This document shows positions 19,701 to 29,137 of a stretch of DNA of 49,179 nucleotides, piece after piece. The stretch's first letter is position 1; the number at the start of each line of letters is the position of its first letter. A program made the translations under genes and the position numbers. Source of the stretch: Candidatus Microgenomates bacterium (GTDB lineage Bacteria; Patescibacteriota; Microgenomatia; UBA8517); NCBI GenBank assembly GCA_049523135.1, contig JBEKNE010000001.1:717234-766412 (forward strand), in the 5' to 3' direction. The notes under the pieces are model-generated. The model worked only from the letters and a program-made list of their open reading frames with translations. It made no database searches and had not been told where the DNA came from.

Positions 19701-20937
19701 AAATAGCAATTCCGTAATTGATACAATCGGAGCTTTCGCTAATGTTGTCGCCGCCAATATCAAAGCCGGAGCAATCACAACAACCGACTTTATAGCTCAA
19801 AATATAACAGCTGGCGCTGTTACAACTCAAAGCTTGGCAACAAATTCATTTACCGCTTTTCAGGGAACTGTTGATAATCTTTTGGTTAAGTCCGGCCTGG
19901 TTGCCTTTAATATTCAGACACAACTTATCTCCCCTGTTCCGGGCCAAACAAATGTTGCAGTCCAAATTGGCTCAGAGGCAACCCCTTCGGGCCAATTTGT
20001 AATACAAAACGCAAGTGGAAGCGCAGTTGCCGCTATCGACAACCTTGGAAATGCCACAATCAGCGGACAACTAACAACAAACGGGGCTTCCGTTTCAGGT
20101 ACACTTTATGCCGATAACATTCAGTCCAAGAGTTTGGATGATATTCAGGCACTTTTGACTCAAGTTGAAACCGATCAAAATACTCTGAAAAACACTGTGA
20201 ATTGGAATAGCCTCACGGCAACAAATTCAGCAAATTTGGATAATTTGGCAGTTTCCGATCTTTATATTACAAACCAGGCAGCTATAAATTCTCTCTCCGT
20301 CACAACCAGCATCGCACTGGGCTCCGATTTGGTAATCGGTTCCGACAATACTATTAATACACTTTCCGCTCCTCTCAAGATCCAGTCCCTTGCCATGGCG
20401 CCTGTTGAAATAATGGACGGACTAGTAACAATAGATACAAAAGGAAACGTAAATATTGCAGGAGATTTGGCAGTTGCAGGGCGAGTTAAAGCCGCAGGGC
20501 TTGATATAACCGCCGCTCAGATGACCGATCCAAACGCCACCACATCCGCTAATTTACTGACCTTGCAGGACGCCAGCGGAAATACCGTTTCGTCAGTTAA
20601 TTCATCAGGAAGTGCCCAGTTTAATTCAATTACCACTCCCCAACTTATTGTTGCGGGATCCGCCGATGCAACGGTTGCAGGAACAATTGTAAATGGAGTA
20701 ATTACGACAAATTCAACAATCGGAACCGCCACTATTCCTGCAGGCACTGCCGATATTACAATCAAGAATCCAAAAATCAGCGACTACACTTTAGTTTATG
20801 TCACCCCGACTTCAGGAACGCAGAATAATGTACTATATGTAAAGGAAAAAGGCACAGGTTACTTCAAGGTTGGTTTTGACCAGGCTATAAACACAGACGT
20901 GAGTTTTAATTGGTGGATAGTACAAGTTTCACAATAA
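13705..20937 (+). CDS. Giant membrane-anchored fibre-like protein: N-terminal recombinase core-binding fragment, TM helix, tail-fibre-like repeats, peptidase G2-like chaperone domain
   Basis: LIQAYQDQI...SSATVKRKSIALNRFFDWAEEAG; TM YAVIGLTVALIILLFLLTW; GNVGIGT repeats; ADIAEWY...GEIVSI...GVVSTQP...ALTGRVPLKV; G/S/T/N-rich. Confidence 0.75.
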   Translation: MPSLPNISPELIQAYQDQISKSSSSATVKRKSIALNRFFDWAEEAGHIPQNPLQQVQSLQPEIQRVSKSKRKIEASSRTYAVIGLTVALIILLFLLTWKLKFPISFIQNFAQVNNTGEVQNVAQNVSPIPATPAANLAWNLYAKLKLTDSNGIPEVGSQSLSFNLYNSETGGSPVYTSSTQIVTTDTNGSALISIDNVPSDLFFQNNTLYLEPNFNNQGTSTARIPISTANTAANLEGYFPANPETGANSEEIPVINSDGSLLLASQSPMVKATQGNLQIEGQAVVIKASDGSGGNIVINPDANGYAKFLFEGNKGNFLNATANNLTSGSLYYGVVQNNATGYYLINLQSGSTPTTKFSVDSVGNTNITGDLSTGGTDRLTATGSLQNITGYSQTSGNLTVSQNAGDYASITKNDTALSDVMDLTLNENNIAGSHYSTLVLNRYGGDDNSRALLVNSGNAQFNGQVQLGGYTSLPTAIGQGSLVFNTSDSKVYVWNGTSWVAVGSGGGGGPSSFDQIISGTNTSATMVVGSGASLGFTGTGTITASGLSCSGCVSNSQLTNSSLTINTGGILTGGGSIALGGTLNLTATEADTLDSVTGRGATTTNAISVGNLTSSGTTTFGGIAYTWPGSQVTSGFLQTDGSGGLSWTTSVPVSSMAFSGLTSGTNTSAAMVVGSGASLDYTGSGTINASSLEGSTWESPGTIGLTTPNSGAFTILSASSYATVSGSLALGTANASAGPGNLDMSGNLVAAGNITGTTLNGTTGINTGVGAGTARIDSTGNLTNIDTTQFNTQTYTWPGSQVASGFLQTDGTGGLSWITSVAATSVPFSGITDGTNISASMVVGNGASLSYTGTGTIDASSLEGATWEAPGIIGITTPAGGNFTSIGATTQGTGAFTTLSASSYATVSGSLALGSSNASAGPGNLDMSGNLTVGGTTTLGGQTYTWPGIGGTNGQALTTDGSGNLAWNDVLTSATVFWTELNGLIYPKNSSEDVAIGGNSTSSAKFAFTGVDGGLPTASIAGTVGSNVATYLTGNGNLATTNMADLTLGGSSTGNVNINSRGSNALIANGANLTAGGTLTFPNSNTLTGVSSYLELSQGVSVGAGTNYYFSSTGLLNASKLQVSGIADVVQAYIKAYSTQTNHIQEWQNSGGTALSWIDGQGNLRVGSGAVDNGSLLDVAGAPTSDALAIFNTTGGTQNIIAASASGATKMTLDQNGVLSLYNSTSSITNTAGDITIGAASGNINFSGDTIQNINTVNAGSGIFSNVLQVNSTGALQAYSRFGNGTSSHGLVSPQDVYITGKLDVGGVFYLSSNEIGNGTNGTPAIILSSAPTTTANTLTAGNWLVENNANLGQATLMVNQTMGGDIFTASASGTPKFVIANSGNVGIGTVSPTALLDVSANSTNTASDYTTLKLEGSQSTANTGTFYGENIIPAFTASSGNTLANLKALVSNPQVTSTGTVTNAYNIYSRLDNTSTGTISNLYDLYLAAPGNTSGTITHKYALVTEAGAGNVGIGTTSPGGALDDAGGSLFLSNATSNLISFGNSGVAVPGAGSAGEKIQLFGATRGTVATADYALGVQSSNMWFNTDGGYMFYKDAAATPEVILDTNGNVGIGTTSTITPLTLGQNPSDLGGLSFQNTTGQANSRNWNIRDDVTAFGDLAIRQSTTQNGTTFATRLTIDPNGNVGIGATSPAANLTVAKNFNTTPTALTPSASVAVDCSLANVFTLTPGQAESITASNMVAGQYVDLIILTSGTNSYTLTFSTGFKTPNTTLATGTVTGKYFAIHYISNGSYLIEIGRTSTQTAVGADIAEWYSYAGEKPQPGEIVSISADNTQIEKTDQAYSQQISGVVSTQPAITLGQEPDQGIVMALTGRVPLKVSTKNGQILTGDSITSSTIAGVGMKAVKAGQTVGKALESTNNWTTQSCPAVASLDQINWPDDDGTNPNHPCFTLSDGTMIGKIMVFVNPSWYDPEVYLTDTGNLKIAQVNGNYQLTNTSNSNSVIDTIGAFANVVAANIKAGAITTTDFIAQNITAGAVTTQSLATNSFTAFQGTVDNLLVKSGLVAFNIQTQLISPVPGQTNVAVQIGSEATPSGQFVIQNASGSAVAAIDNLGNATISGQLTTNGASVSGTLYADNIQSKSLDDIQALLTQVETDQNTLKNTVNWNSLTATNSANLDNLAVSDLYITNQAAINSLSVTTSIALGSDLVIGSDNTINTLSAPLKIQSLAMAPVEIMDGLVTIDTKGNVNIAGDLAVAGRVKAAGLDITAAQMTDPNATTSANLLTLQDASGNTVSSVNSSGSAQFNSITTPQLIVAGSADATVAGTIVNGVITTNSTIGTATIPAGTADITIKNPKISDYTLVYVTPTSGTQNNVLYVKEKGTGYFKVGFDQAINTDVSFNWWIVQVSQ
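15255..16620 (+). repeat. Internal tandem modules (~150-180 aa) in the giant protein
   Basis: GTN(T/I)SA.MVVG.GASL at ~15260, ~15695, ~16205; YTWPG at ~15580, ~16090, ~16537; SAGPGNLDMSGNL at ~15915 and ~16465. Confidence 0.85.
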
Positions 20938-20938
20938 G

Positions 20939-23900
20939 ATGTTAAAGAAATTTGACAAACAAACTGTCTTTTTAATTCTGGGGGTAATTATTCTATTTAT
21001 AACAGGAGGACTGTTTATTGTTTATAAACATCTCTCTTCTACTTCCCAACCGATAAATAATACAAAATATATCTTTTTGGACAACCCAACTACTTACAAA
21101 GGAGTTTTAGGCCTCTCATTCCCCATTAACACGACCATTGTTAAAAGCGGAGATATATATCAAAACACTACCAACCGCTTTAAAACTTATTTTAAATCCA
21201 GTCCAACATTAGAAAACAGTATTACTTTTAAAAATGACACCTCCCAGATTTCTTTTTACACTCCAGTTAGTCAAAGTTTTGGACAGCTGCAAAATCCAAC
21301 TCCGTCCGTAAATAGAAACGTCTTAACTTACCCGAATATATTTCCGTCTTTGGACCTCCAATACACGATTAGTTCTTCAAGACTACTTGAGGAATTTGTT
21401 GTTAAAGACAAGGAGACTGCTTTGAAAATCTTAGATATTAATCAAAGTGTGTCACTTACCAATGTTGACAAATATACAAAAGAGCCAGACGGTTCAATTA
21501 CTTTCTATTCAAAGGGTAATCCCACATTTATAATCCCCCAACCCGTTCTTTATGAGCAGGAAAACCGTGACATAATATCTCACGGCATTGAGTACCAAGT
21601 CACCGAAACTGGCAAAAATAACCTTCAAATAACCAAAAAAATTACTCAAGAAGGCGCTGATTGGCTTGCTGACCCCAAAAGAAAGTACCCTATTGTCATC
21701 GATCTTGTTATTGACAATTGCACTAACGATGCCAACACCACATGGATAAGTTCAGATACTACCCACACCACTCTTTCCAATTCATCTTCTATCTACCACT
21801 CGCCCAGTACTGGCTCTATCCAAGTAGCGGTCGTTGGTTCTATTGGAACAGGAGCTGACGGTAACTGTATTATGAACAATGGTACCAAGACCTTGGACAG
21901 TACTGTAGGTTCTTCCGTATGCAACAGTAGCTCAAGAACCACTGCATATGCCGTTAATTTTTCAGTTACCACCACTGCAAGTGCAGGCGCCACGTCCGTC
22001 ACTGTTTCCTCTACCCCAAACGGTCTTCTGGCCGGTGATGAATTTCTTATTATCAATCTTCAGGGAACTTCTGGAAATTACAGTTCTGTCGGTCAATACG
22101 AAACTCATACTATTTCTTCTATTTCCACAAATACTCTTAACTTCACTGACACTCCCCTTTTAAATACATATGACGGTACCACTCAAAAAATAATGGTTCA
22201 AAGAGTCCCAAATTTTGGGAATGTTACCATTTGCGGTGGAAACACAGGAGGTGGTTGCACAGCCGCTGCCACTTTAACCACTAGTGCATGGAATGGCACA
22301 AAAAATGGAGTGTTGTTTTTCACATCAAACGGAACAATTAACGTTAACTCAGGAGGGGTTATTACTGCTAACGCCCTTGGGTATCAGGGAGGCACTGGAA
22401 AAGGTCAAGTTAATGGAATAGGACCTCAAGGATATTCACGTCTCCCGGGAGGAAGTATTTCTCAAAGTGCCAACGATGGCGGAGGCGGTGGAGGACAAGA
22501 TAGCAGCCTTGGCGCAGGTGGCAGTGGTGGAGGCGGATACGGAACTGCTGGATCTACTGGGGGAGTGGGCGGCTCAGGAAGTGGTCCTGGAACCGGCGGC
22601 AGTGCCTACGGCTCCGACTTCCCCAGTAGACTTTACTTAGGTTCTGGTGCAGGAGGGGCAGCCGATACCGGAGGAAACGGTGGAGGTATTATCGCAGTCT
22701 ATGCTGTTACATTTACTTCCACTGGTTCTGCAACCTCAAATGGGGGTGGTGGTCATTCTGAATCCAATTGGTCAGGCAGCGGTGGGGGTTCAGGAGGCAG
22801 TATATCAATCTCAGCATCTTCAGTAACAGCAGGTACTATTACTGTTTCGGGGGGTTCCGGAGGTAGTGGATATAAAGGCAGCAATGGTGGAAACGGCGGA
22901 AGTGGGAGATCAACTACCTCGCCCACTCTACCAGCTCTTAATGACACAGTTACTTTAACCGAAGATTCAACGGTGGATCTTTCAGGAGTTAAATATATCA
23001 CCTTCTGGGTATATTCGGGGACAACCGGCAGTTTTGCCCAATTTCAATTCGGTCAAAGTTCAAGCTCGGAAAATACGGATCCTTTTACAATTAATGTAGC
23101 CAACCAATGGCAGGAAGTAACGTGGGATATTTCAGGCTTGGCACCAACAAGAAGCGCCATTAAATATTTCGCCTTTAAAATTACTAGCAATCCCAACCAA
23201 TTGACTTTTTACTTTGATGATATCGAATCCAATACCATACCGGTCGCCCCCACCCTTGGTCCTCCTTCCAATAATACTCAACACCTGTTGCCATCATCAC
23301 AGACACTTTCAATGAACTCAACTGATGCTGATGGCGACTACTTAATGTACAAGGTTTTAATTTGTACTACTTCCGATATGACAACTTCCTGCCTAGCGGG
23401 ATCTCCGTTTGATGAAACATCGTCCCAAACGGGATGGAGTAACCAAAATTATCCTACAGGCGGTCCTTATACTGCATATACTTCCGGAACAACAGCAGTA
23501 TTCACTCCTACCCTGAGCCCTGGTACCACCTATTACTGGGAAGCTTGGGCAATCGATCCTGGAGGAACTGATTTATGGAGTACAGTGAGTGCAAAGTATT
23601 CTTTTACTACAAATGCTGTGCCAAATATCCCATCTACCCCGGTTTCTCCTAACGGTGTTACCGGCCAGGCACTTTTACCGACTTTTACAACAACCACCTC
23701 CGATCCTGATGGGGATAGTATCAAATACAGGATTAAACTCTGCACCGACAATTCGATGGGTGTAACAGGTACATGCTATACAGCCGATCAAACAACAACA
23801 CCAACCGGCTGGAGTAACGGCAGTAGCCCATACTCTTCCGGAACGTCAGGTGTTTACACACTCCAAGCTTCCTTGGTTACCCTAAATGCAGGCACTACTT

Positions 23901-25072
23901 ATTATTGGGAATCATCAGCAATAGACCCAGCAGGAAGCAATACTTGGGGCAGTTATCAGGCCTCACCCTACTCTTTTACTACAAGCCAGATACCAAATAT
24001 TCCCTCTCTCGATTCACCCGCAAACGGAGCAACCCTGACTTCTACTCCAATTATTCTCAAAACCACAGGAACTGACAATGACAATGATTATTTAATGTAC
24101 AAAATTAGGATTTGCACAGATCAAGCAATGAGTTCCTGCTTGACGGGTTCTCCATTCGATGAAACATCATCTCAAACAGGATGGAGTAATCAAAATGCCA
24201 ACGGCGGTACTGCATATACTTCCAATTCCCCCGATCAACAGGCATGGTACACCCTTCCGTCAAGTGTTCTGTCCCAATTGCAACCCGGCACTATCTACTA
24301 TTGGGATTCATATGCGGAGGATCCGAAAGAATATATCAGTAGTATCTGGACGGCAGGAACCGGTTTATGGGGCAGTACCCAGACCATACCCTATTCATTT
24401 ACCATGGGGCAACCTAATGTTCCATCTGCCCTGCAAGTTGATGGAACTACGGACCCAACTTCCTTAACTGATCAGACTCCCAATTTTACGGCAATCTGCA
24501 ACTCGGGCAACTCCGGTGATACTTTCAATAAATATGAAATTATTGTATCTACCAGTCCAACTTTTAGCTCAACTACCTATGATTCCGGTTCCTCAGGAAC
24601 TTCAATGGCAAGCTGTACCGCAGGTTCAAGATCCTCAAACCTTGCCTATGTTGGAACTCTTGGCCTTGACGGAACAGTATATTATTGGAAAATCAGATTT
24701 TTTGACACGGGAGGATCCGGTACGTGGTCAAACTGGTCAACTGAACTAGCTACTTTTAAAATGTCATCTTCATATGACAACACCCCGTTAACTTGTTCCG
24801 CCGGAACTCTAGGGGCACAAGACTCATCAATTATGGTTCAATGGACCGACTCCGCCGGCGTAACCGCCTTTGAACTCCAAAGAAGTACGGATGGTGGAAA
24901 CACTTTTTCTGATCTTGCCGGTTATTCCGGAAGCGGAACCAACTATACTGATTCGACCACTTCTTCCGGTAATATTTATGAATATAGAGTTAAGGCTACT
25001 TCCGGAGGGGGTTCCGGTTGGTGTACAACAGGACTTGTCAGTTTACAAAGAGGTGTGTTTCAATTCAGATGA
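20939..25072 (+). CDS. Large surface protein A: signal anchor, WapA/RHS-type N-terminal domain, Gly-rich insert, CBM-like domain, FnIII/Ig-like repeats
   Basis: TM at N-terminus; WLADPKRKYPIVID; GGGG-rich block; KYITFWVY...FYFDDI; three ...GTTYYW...AIDP repeats; C-terminal FnIII-like unit. Confidence 0.75.
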   Translation: MLKKFDKQTVFLILGVIILFITGGLFIVYKHLSSTSQPINNTKYIFLDNPTTYKGVLGLSFPINTTIVKSGDIYQNTTNRFKTYFKSSPTLENSITFKNDTSQISFYTPVSQSFGQLQNPTPSVNRNVLTYPNIFPSLDLQYTISSSRLLEEFVVKDKETALKILDINQSVSLTNVDKYTKEPDGSITFYSKGNPTFIIPQPVLYEQENRDIISHGIEYQVTETGKNNLQITKKITQEGADWLADPKRKYPIVIDLVIDNCTNDANTTWISSDTTHTTLSNSSSIYHSPSTGSIQVAVVGSIGTGADGNCIMNNGTKTLDSTVGSSVCNSSSRTTAYAVNFSVTTTASAGATSVTVSSTPNGLLAGDEFLIINLQGTSGNYSSVGQYETHTISSISTNTLNFTDTPLLNTYDGTTQKIMVQRVPNFGNVTICGGNTGGGCTAAATLTTSAWNGTKNGVLFFTSNGTINVNSGGVITANALGYQGGTGKGQVNGIGPQGYSRLPGGSISQSANDGGGGGGQDSSLGAGGSGGGGYGTAGSTGGVGGSGSGPGTGGSAYGSDFPSRLYLGSGAGGAADTGGNGGGIIAVYAVTFTSTGSATSNGGGGHSESNWSGSGGGSGGSISISASSVTAGTITVSGGSGGSGYKGSNGGNGGSGRSTTSPTLPALNDTVTLTEDSTVDLSGVKYITFWVYSGTTGSFAQFQFGQSSSSENTDPFTINVANQWQEVTWDISGLAPTRSAIKYFAFKITSNPNQLTFYFDDIESNTIPVAPTLGPPSNNTQHLLPSSQTLSMNSTDADGDYLMYKVLICTTSDMTTSCLAGSPFDETSSQTGWSNQNYPTGGPYTAYTSGTTAVFTPTLSPGTTYYWEAWAIDPGGTDLWSTVSAKYSFTTNAVPNIPSTPVSPNGVTGQALLPTFTTTTSDPDGDSIKYRIKLCTDNSMGVTGTCYTADQTTTPTGWSNGSSPYSSGTSGVYTLQASLVTLNAGTTYYWESSAIDPAGSNTWGSYQASPYSFTTSQIPNIPSLDSPANGATLTSTPIILKTTGTDNDNDYLMYKIRICTDQAMSSCLTGSPFDETSSQTGWSNQNANGGTAYTSNSPDQQAWYTLPSSVLSQLQPGTIYYWDSYAEDPKEYISSIWTAGTGLWGSTQTIPYSFTMGQPNVPSALQVDGTTDPTSLTDQTPNFTAICNSGNSGDTFNKYEIIVSTSPTFSSTTYDSGSSGTSMASCTAGSRSSNLAYVGTLGLDGTVYYWKIRFFDTGGSGTWSNWSTELATFKMSSSYDNTPLTCSAGTLGAQDSSIMVQWTDSAGVTAFELQRSTDGGNTFSDLAGYSGSGTNYTDSTTSSGNIYEYRVKATSGGGSGWCTTGLVSLQRGVFQFR

Positions 25073-28000
25073 AAAACAAATTTATATATATTGTCGGTTT
25101 GATTGCTATTTCGGCAGTGGTGGTGTTTTTAGGTTTTTTTGCCATTAAAAAGATTATTTCTTCCACTCCTTCAAATTCCGGCAAATATATCTTTTTGGAC
25201 AACCCAACTACTTATAAAGGGGTTTTAGGTCTCTCATTCCCTATTAACACAACTATTGTTAAAAGCGGTGACACATATCAAAATACCACTAACCGTTTTA
25301 AAACTTATTTTAAAAGCGACCCAACCATTAAAGATGGTATTACTTTCAAAAATGACACTTCTCAAATTTCTTTTTACACTCCGGTTAATCAGAGTTTTGG
25401 ACAACTGCAAAGTACAACTCCTCATACCAAAGGCAGTACTATTACTTATTCAAACATTTTTTCTTCACTTGATCTTAGGTACACCGTTTCGCCCACAAGG
25501 CTTCTTGAGGAATTCGTAGTTAATGACAGGCAGACTGCCGAAAAAATTCTTTCCTTAAATCAGGAAGTAACCCTAACTAATGTAGATAATTATGTACAGC
25601 AAGCCGGAAGTATAAACTTTTTCAAAAACGGCAAAATAACCTTTTCTCTCCCCCAACCGGTTCTTTACGAGCAGGAAAACAGGGATATCCGTTCAAATGG
25701 AATTGAATATCAAATTACGGGAAAAGATAAAAATAATCTTGAGGTTACTAAAAAAATTACTCAAGAAGGTGCTGACTGGCTCGCCGACCCGACCCGCCAA
25801 TATCCTATTGTTATAGATCTTGTAATTGACAATGCAGATACTGCAAGTAACTGGGTAAGCTCAGACCCAAGCGGTCTTACGGTTTCCCAGGAAAATTCCA
25901 TCATACACGAAGGCACAGGTTCGGTTAAACTGACAGCCGGAGGTATTAGTACCGGAACGGGAGCTGATGGAAATATTACTGTTGATTCCAGTCACAGCAC
26001 GCCACCAACTTATACTATTAATGCATACAATTATATTACAGGCCGTTCGTGTGCAGACGGCGGTGACGCGGTCAATTATTCCGTTACAGCACTAACTTCA
26101 ACCTCTGCAACAGTTACCGGAGGCGGTGGGACTAATGGAGGACCGGCAACAGGCTGTCTTGCCACAGGAGATGAAATTCTACTCATTAATCTTCAAGGTA
26201 CTTCGACTGCATATACGAACGTGGGCAATTATGAAACGTTAAGAGTATCTTCTATTACTTCCGGAAACATAATCAATTTTACAACCGCAAAAACAAATTA
26301 CTATGGTAACGGAGCAACGGATGATACAAACATTGGCACCAGTTCAAGTAATCAAAGAGTCATGCTCCAAAGAGTCCCAAATTACAACAACGTTACAGTT
26401 AATACGGGGGTCATTTTTTATCCTACTGCATGGAATGGCACAAAAGGAGGTGTCATGGCCTTCAGAGCCAGCGGTACTGTTACTGTTACTGGAACGATAA
26501 GTGCAACAGGTTATGGATATAGAGGTGGTACAGCACCTGCAAGTCATGGTGGACCAGCAGGAGAATCTTTCTGTGGAAACCCGGGAGGAGGGAATGGTGG
26601 TTCTTACGGAGGACCATATGAAGGTGGAAATGGCACATGCGGTGGAGGTGGGGGTGAGTCGACAGGTGGAAACGGCACAATTGCAACAGGTTCAGCGACA
26701 GGAGGGGCGGGAGGTGGAGGCGGAGATGGAGCAGGAAGCACTTATGCCGGAGGAGGAGCAGGAGGCGGCGGAGGATATGGATCCCCCGGAGTACACGGAA
26801 ATGGCGGTAACGTAGTAGCTACTGATGGTTCAACCAACCACAGCGGAAATGGTGGTCTTGCTAGCAATGATGGTGGTGGTGGAGGTGGTGGTGGAAGCTT
26901 TGGATCCACAAATCTATCAACCCTATTTTTAGGTTCCGGAGCTGGTGCCGGGGCGGTTGGTGGCGGCAGCGCGGGCAGAGGAGGAAACGGTGGCGGAATT
27001 ATCCTCATTTTTGCCAATAATTTAAGCGTCACGACAGGTATAACTTCCAATGGAGGCAACGGTGGAAATGGAGGCGGTAGTAGCTCCGCCTTCTTTGGTG
27101 GAGCTGGTGGAGGAGGGTCGGGTGGGTCAATAAAAATTATTGGGAATACTCTTACTATTGGTTCAAGTAAAGTTTCTGCCACCGGCGGTTCAGGTGGAAC
27201 AACTGCAAGCAATAGTGGAGCCGGAGGTGCCGGTGGATCAGGAATTACCGCCATGTTTTATTCATCTCTCTCAGGAAGCACATCTTCACCTACCCCGGCA
27301 TACAATACTTATCCTTATGCCCTCAATGATACAGTCACTTTGACTAAGAGTGTAAATCTCTCCACAGTTAAATATATTACTTTTTGGGTTTACTCAAACC
27401 AAGCAAGTCAGGCAATGAGATTTGAGTTCGGGCAAAGTATAAATTCAGAGCAAACTTATGATTTTACTACCGGTTCGGCAGGTGCATGGCATCAAGTGCA
27501 ATGGGATATTTCGGGTATTAGTACTGGATCCAGAAGTGCTGTCCAATATTTTGCTTTCAAAGTTACAAATATCAGTAATGCCACCACCGTGATTTATTTT
27601 GATGATATTGAGGATAATTCCCCCCCCAATGCTCCCAGTATTGGCCCGCCAGGTAATGCTGCTACCGATCAAATTCTGTCGCCAACATTTACCACAAGTA
27701 CTACGGATGTTGATGGAGATACTGTAAAATATGAGATTGCGATTTGTGCCAACTCCGACATGGTAACCGGCTGTATATCGGGGTCTCCGTTTAGCCAAAC
27801 CTTGTCCCCCACTGGTTGGAGTAATGGCAGTACGCCTTACGCTTCCGGAGCGACAGCAACTTATATACTACAAACAACTCTTAATCCCGGAACTACTTAT
27901 TACTGGCGGTCACAGGCAATTGATCCGGGAGGAAGCGGTATATATGGTGCCTGGAGTTCTACCTATTCTTTCACCACCAGTTATGTACCGGGTGCTCCCA

Positions 28001-29046
28001 CTCTTAATTATCCGAGTAATGGAGCTAATGGTTGGCCACAAGCGCCTGCCGTTTCAATGCATGCAACTGACGCGGACAGTGATTACTTAAGATACCAAGT
28101 TGCAATTTGTACAACATCCGACATGTCAACCTCTTGTATTTCGGGTTCTCCTTTTACGGAGCCCTCAGGTTCACCCCAAACCGGTTGGACCGGGCAGGAT
28201 GCACAGAGTAGTACCGCATATGCTTCCACTCCCAGTTCGGGAACACCATTTGTTTTTTCCCCCACTCTTGCGGCAGGGACCACATACTACTGGCAGGCAA
28301 GGGCAATTGATCCGGGCGGAAGCAATACTTATGGTTCCTGGAGTTCAACTTATACTTTCACCATGGGACAAATAAATGTCCCCTATTCTTTGCAGGTTGA
28401 CGGATCCGTGAATCCACCCGCACTTACTGATCAGACTCCGAACTTTACGGCAATTTGTAGTTCCGCCAATTCCGGCGATACTTTTAATCAATATCAGATC
28501 CAAGTTTCCACTAACCCAAGTTTCAGTTCAACTGTTTACGATTCCGGAGGTGGAGGAACTTCCATGGCCAGTTGTACTGCAGGTTCAAGATCTTCAAACC
28601 TTGCCTATGTTGGCACTCTTGCTCTTGATGGAACAACTTATTATTGGAGGGTAAAACTTTATGATTCAACCTCGGCATCTTGGTCGGGTTGGTCAACCGA
28701 ATTTGCCACCTTTAAAATGAATTCCGCTTATAACGGAACCCCCACCAGCTGCAGACTTATGCAGGCCGCCGATGGAAGTTCCCTTACCCTACTTTGGACT
28801 GATATGACCTCCAATGAAACCGGGTTTGAAATCCAGAAAAATGTAGGTAACACAACTTTTTCACCTCTCATAACAACAGCGGCCAATGTTACAAGTTACT
28901 CCGACCCGACAGCTACGAGTACTACCTACCAATATAGAGTCAGGGCGGATTTTGCTTCCGGAAGCCCGACCGATTGGTGCACAACAACAATAACCAATTT
29001 AACAAAGGGGACATTGCAAATGCAGGGAGTAATCTTAAGTAATTAG
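25069..29046 (+). CDS. Large surface protein B, paralogue of protein A
   Basis: Same architecture; start moved to ATG 25069 (ATGA overlap with stop of A); 44/45 identical residues in the N-terminal block. Confidence 0.78.
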   Translation: MKNKFIYIVGLIAISAVVVFLGFFAIKKIISSTPSNSGKYIFLDNPTTYKGVLGLSFPINTTIVKSGDTYQNTTNRFKTYFKSDPTIKDGITFKNDTSQISFYTPVNQSFGQLQSTTPHTKGSTITYSNIFSSLDLRYTVSPTRLLEEFVVNDRQTAEKILSLNQEVTLTNVDNYVQQAGSINFFKNGKITFSLPQPVLYEQENRDIRSNGIEYQITGKDKNNLEVTKKITQEGADWLADPTRQYPIVIDLVIDNADTASNWVSSDPSGLTVSQENSIIHEGTGSVKLTAGGISTGTGADGNITVDSSHSTPPTYTINAYNYITGRSCADGGDAVNYSVTALTSTSATVTGGGGTNGGPATGCLATGDEILLINLQGTSTAYTNVGNYETLRVSSITSGNIINFTTAKTNYYGNGATDDTNIGTSSSNQRVMLQRVPNYNNVTVNTGVIFYPTAWNGTKGGVMAFRASGTVTVTGTISATGYGYRGGTAPASHGGPAGESFCGNPGGGNGGSYGGPYEGGNGTCGGGGGESTGGNGTIATGSATGGAGGGGGDGAGSTYAGGGAGGGGGYGSPGVHGNGGNVVATDGSTNHSGNGGLASNDGGGGGGGGSFGSTNLSTLFLGSGAGAGAVGGGSAGRGGNGGGIILIFANNLSVTTGITSNGGNGGNGGGSSSAFFGGAGGGGSGGSIKIIGNTLTIGSSKVSATGGSGGTTASNSGAGGAGGSGITAMFYSSLSGSTSSPTPAYNTYPYALNDTVTLTKSVNLSTVKYITFWVYSNQASQAMRFEFGQSINSEQTYDFTTGSAGAWHQVQWDISGISTGSRSAVQYFAFKVTNISNATTVIYFDDIEDNSPPNAPSIGPPGNAATDQILSPTFTTSTTDVDGDTVKYEIAICANSDMVTGCISGSPFSQTLSPTGWSNGSTPYASGATATYILQTTLNPGTTYYWRSQAIDPGGSGIYGAWSSTYSFTTSYVPGAPTLNYPSNGANGWPQAPAVSMHATDADSDYLRYQVAICTTSDMSTSCISGSPFTEPSGSPQTGWTGQDAQSSTAYASTPSSGTPFVFSPTLAAGTTYYWQARAIDPGGSNTYGSWSSTYTFTMGQINVPYSLQVDGSVNPPALTDQTPNFTAICSSANSGDTFNQYQIQVSTNPSFSSTVYDSGGGGTSMASCTAGSRSSNLAYVGTLALDGTTYYWRVKLYDSTSASWSGWSTEFATFKMNSAYNGTPTSCRLMQAADGSSLTLLWTDMTSNETGFEIQKNVGNTTFSPLITTAANVTSYSDPTATSTTYQYRVRADFASGSPTDWCTTTITNLTKGTLQMQGVILSN

Positions 29047-29137
29047 ACAGTAATATATCAAAATACATACTTTTATATAATTTGTTTCAAAGGAGGCTTG
29101 ACAACGCTCAAAAAAAGCTAAATACTAATTAAATACC

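Noticed and set aside
13184-20937. Prophage or active integrase (xerC/xerD)
   Set aside because: No catalytic recombinase domain, no capsid, terminase or portal genes, no att repeats; the fibre has a TM anchor.
14663-28375. Many short overlapping or antisense ORFs within the giant genes
   Set aside because: Shadows of Gly/Ser/Thr-rich coding sequence; no independent signals.
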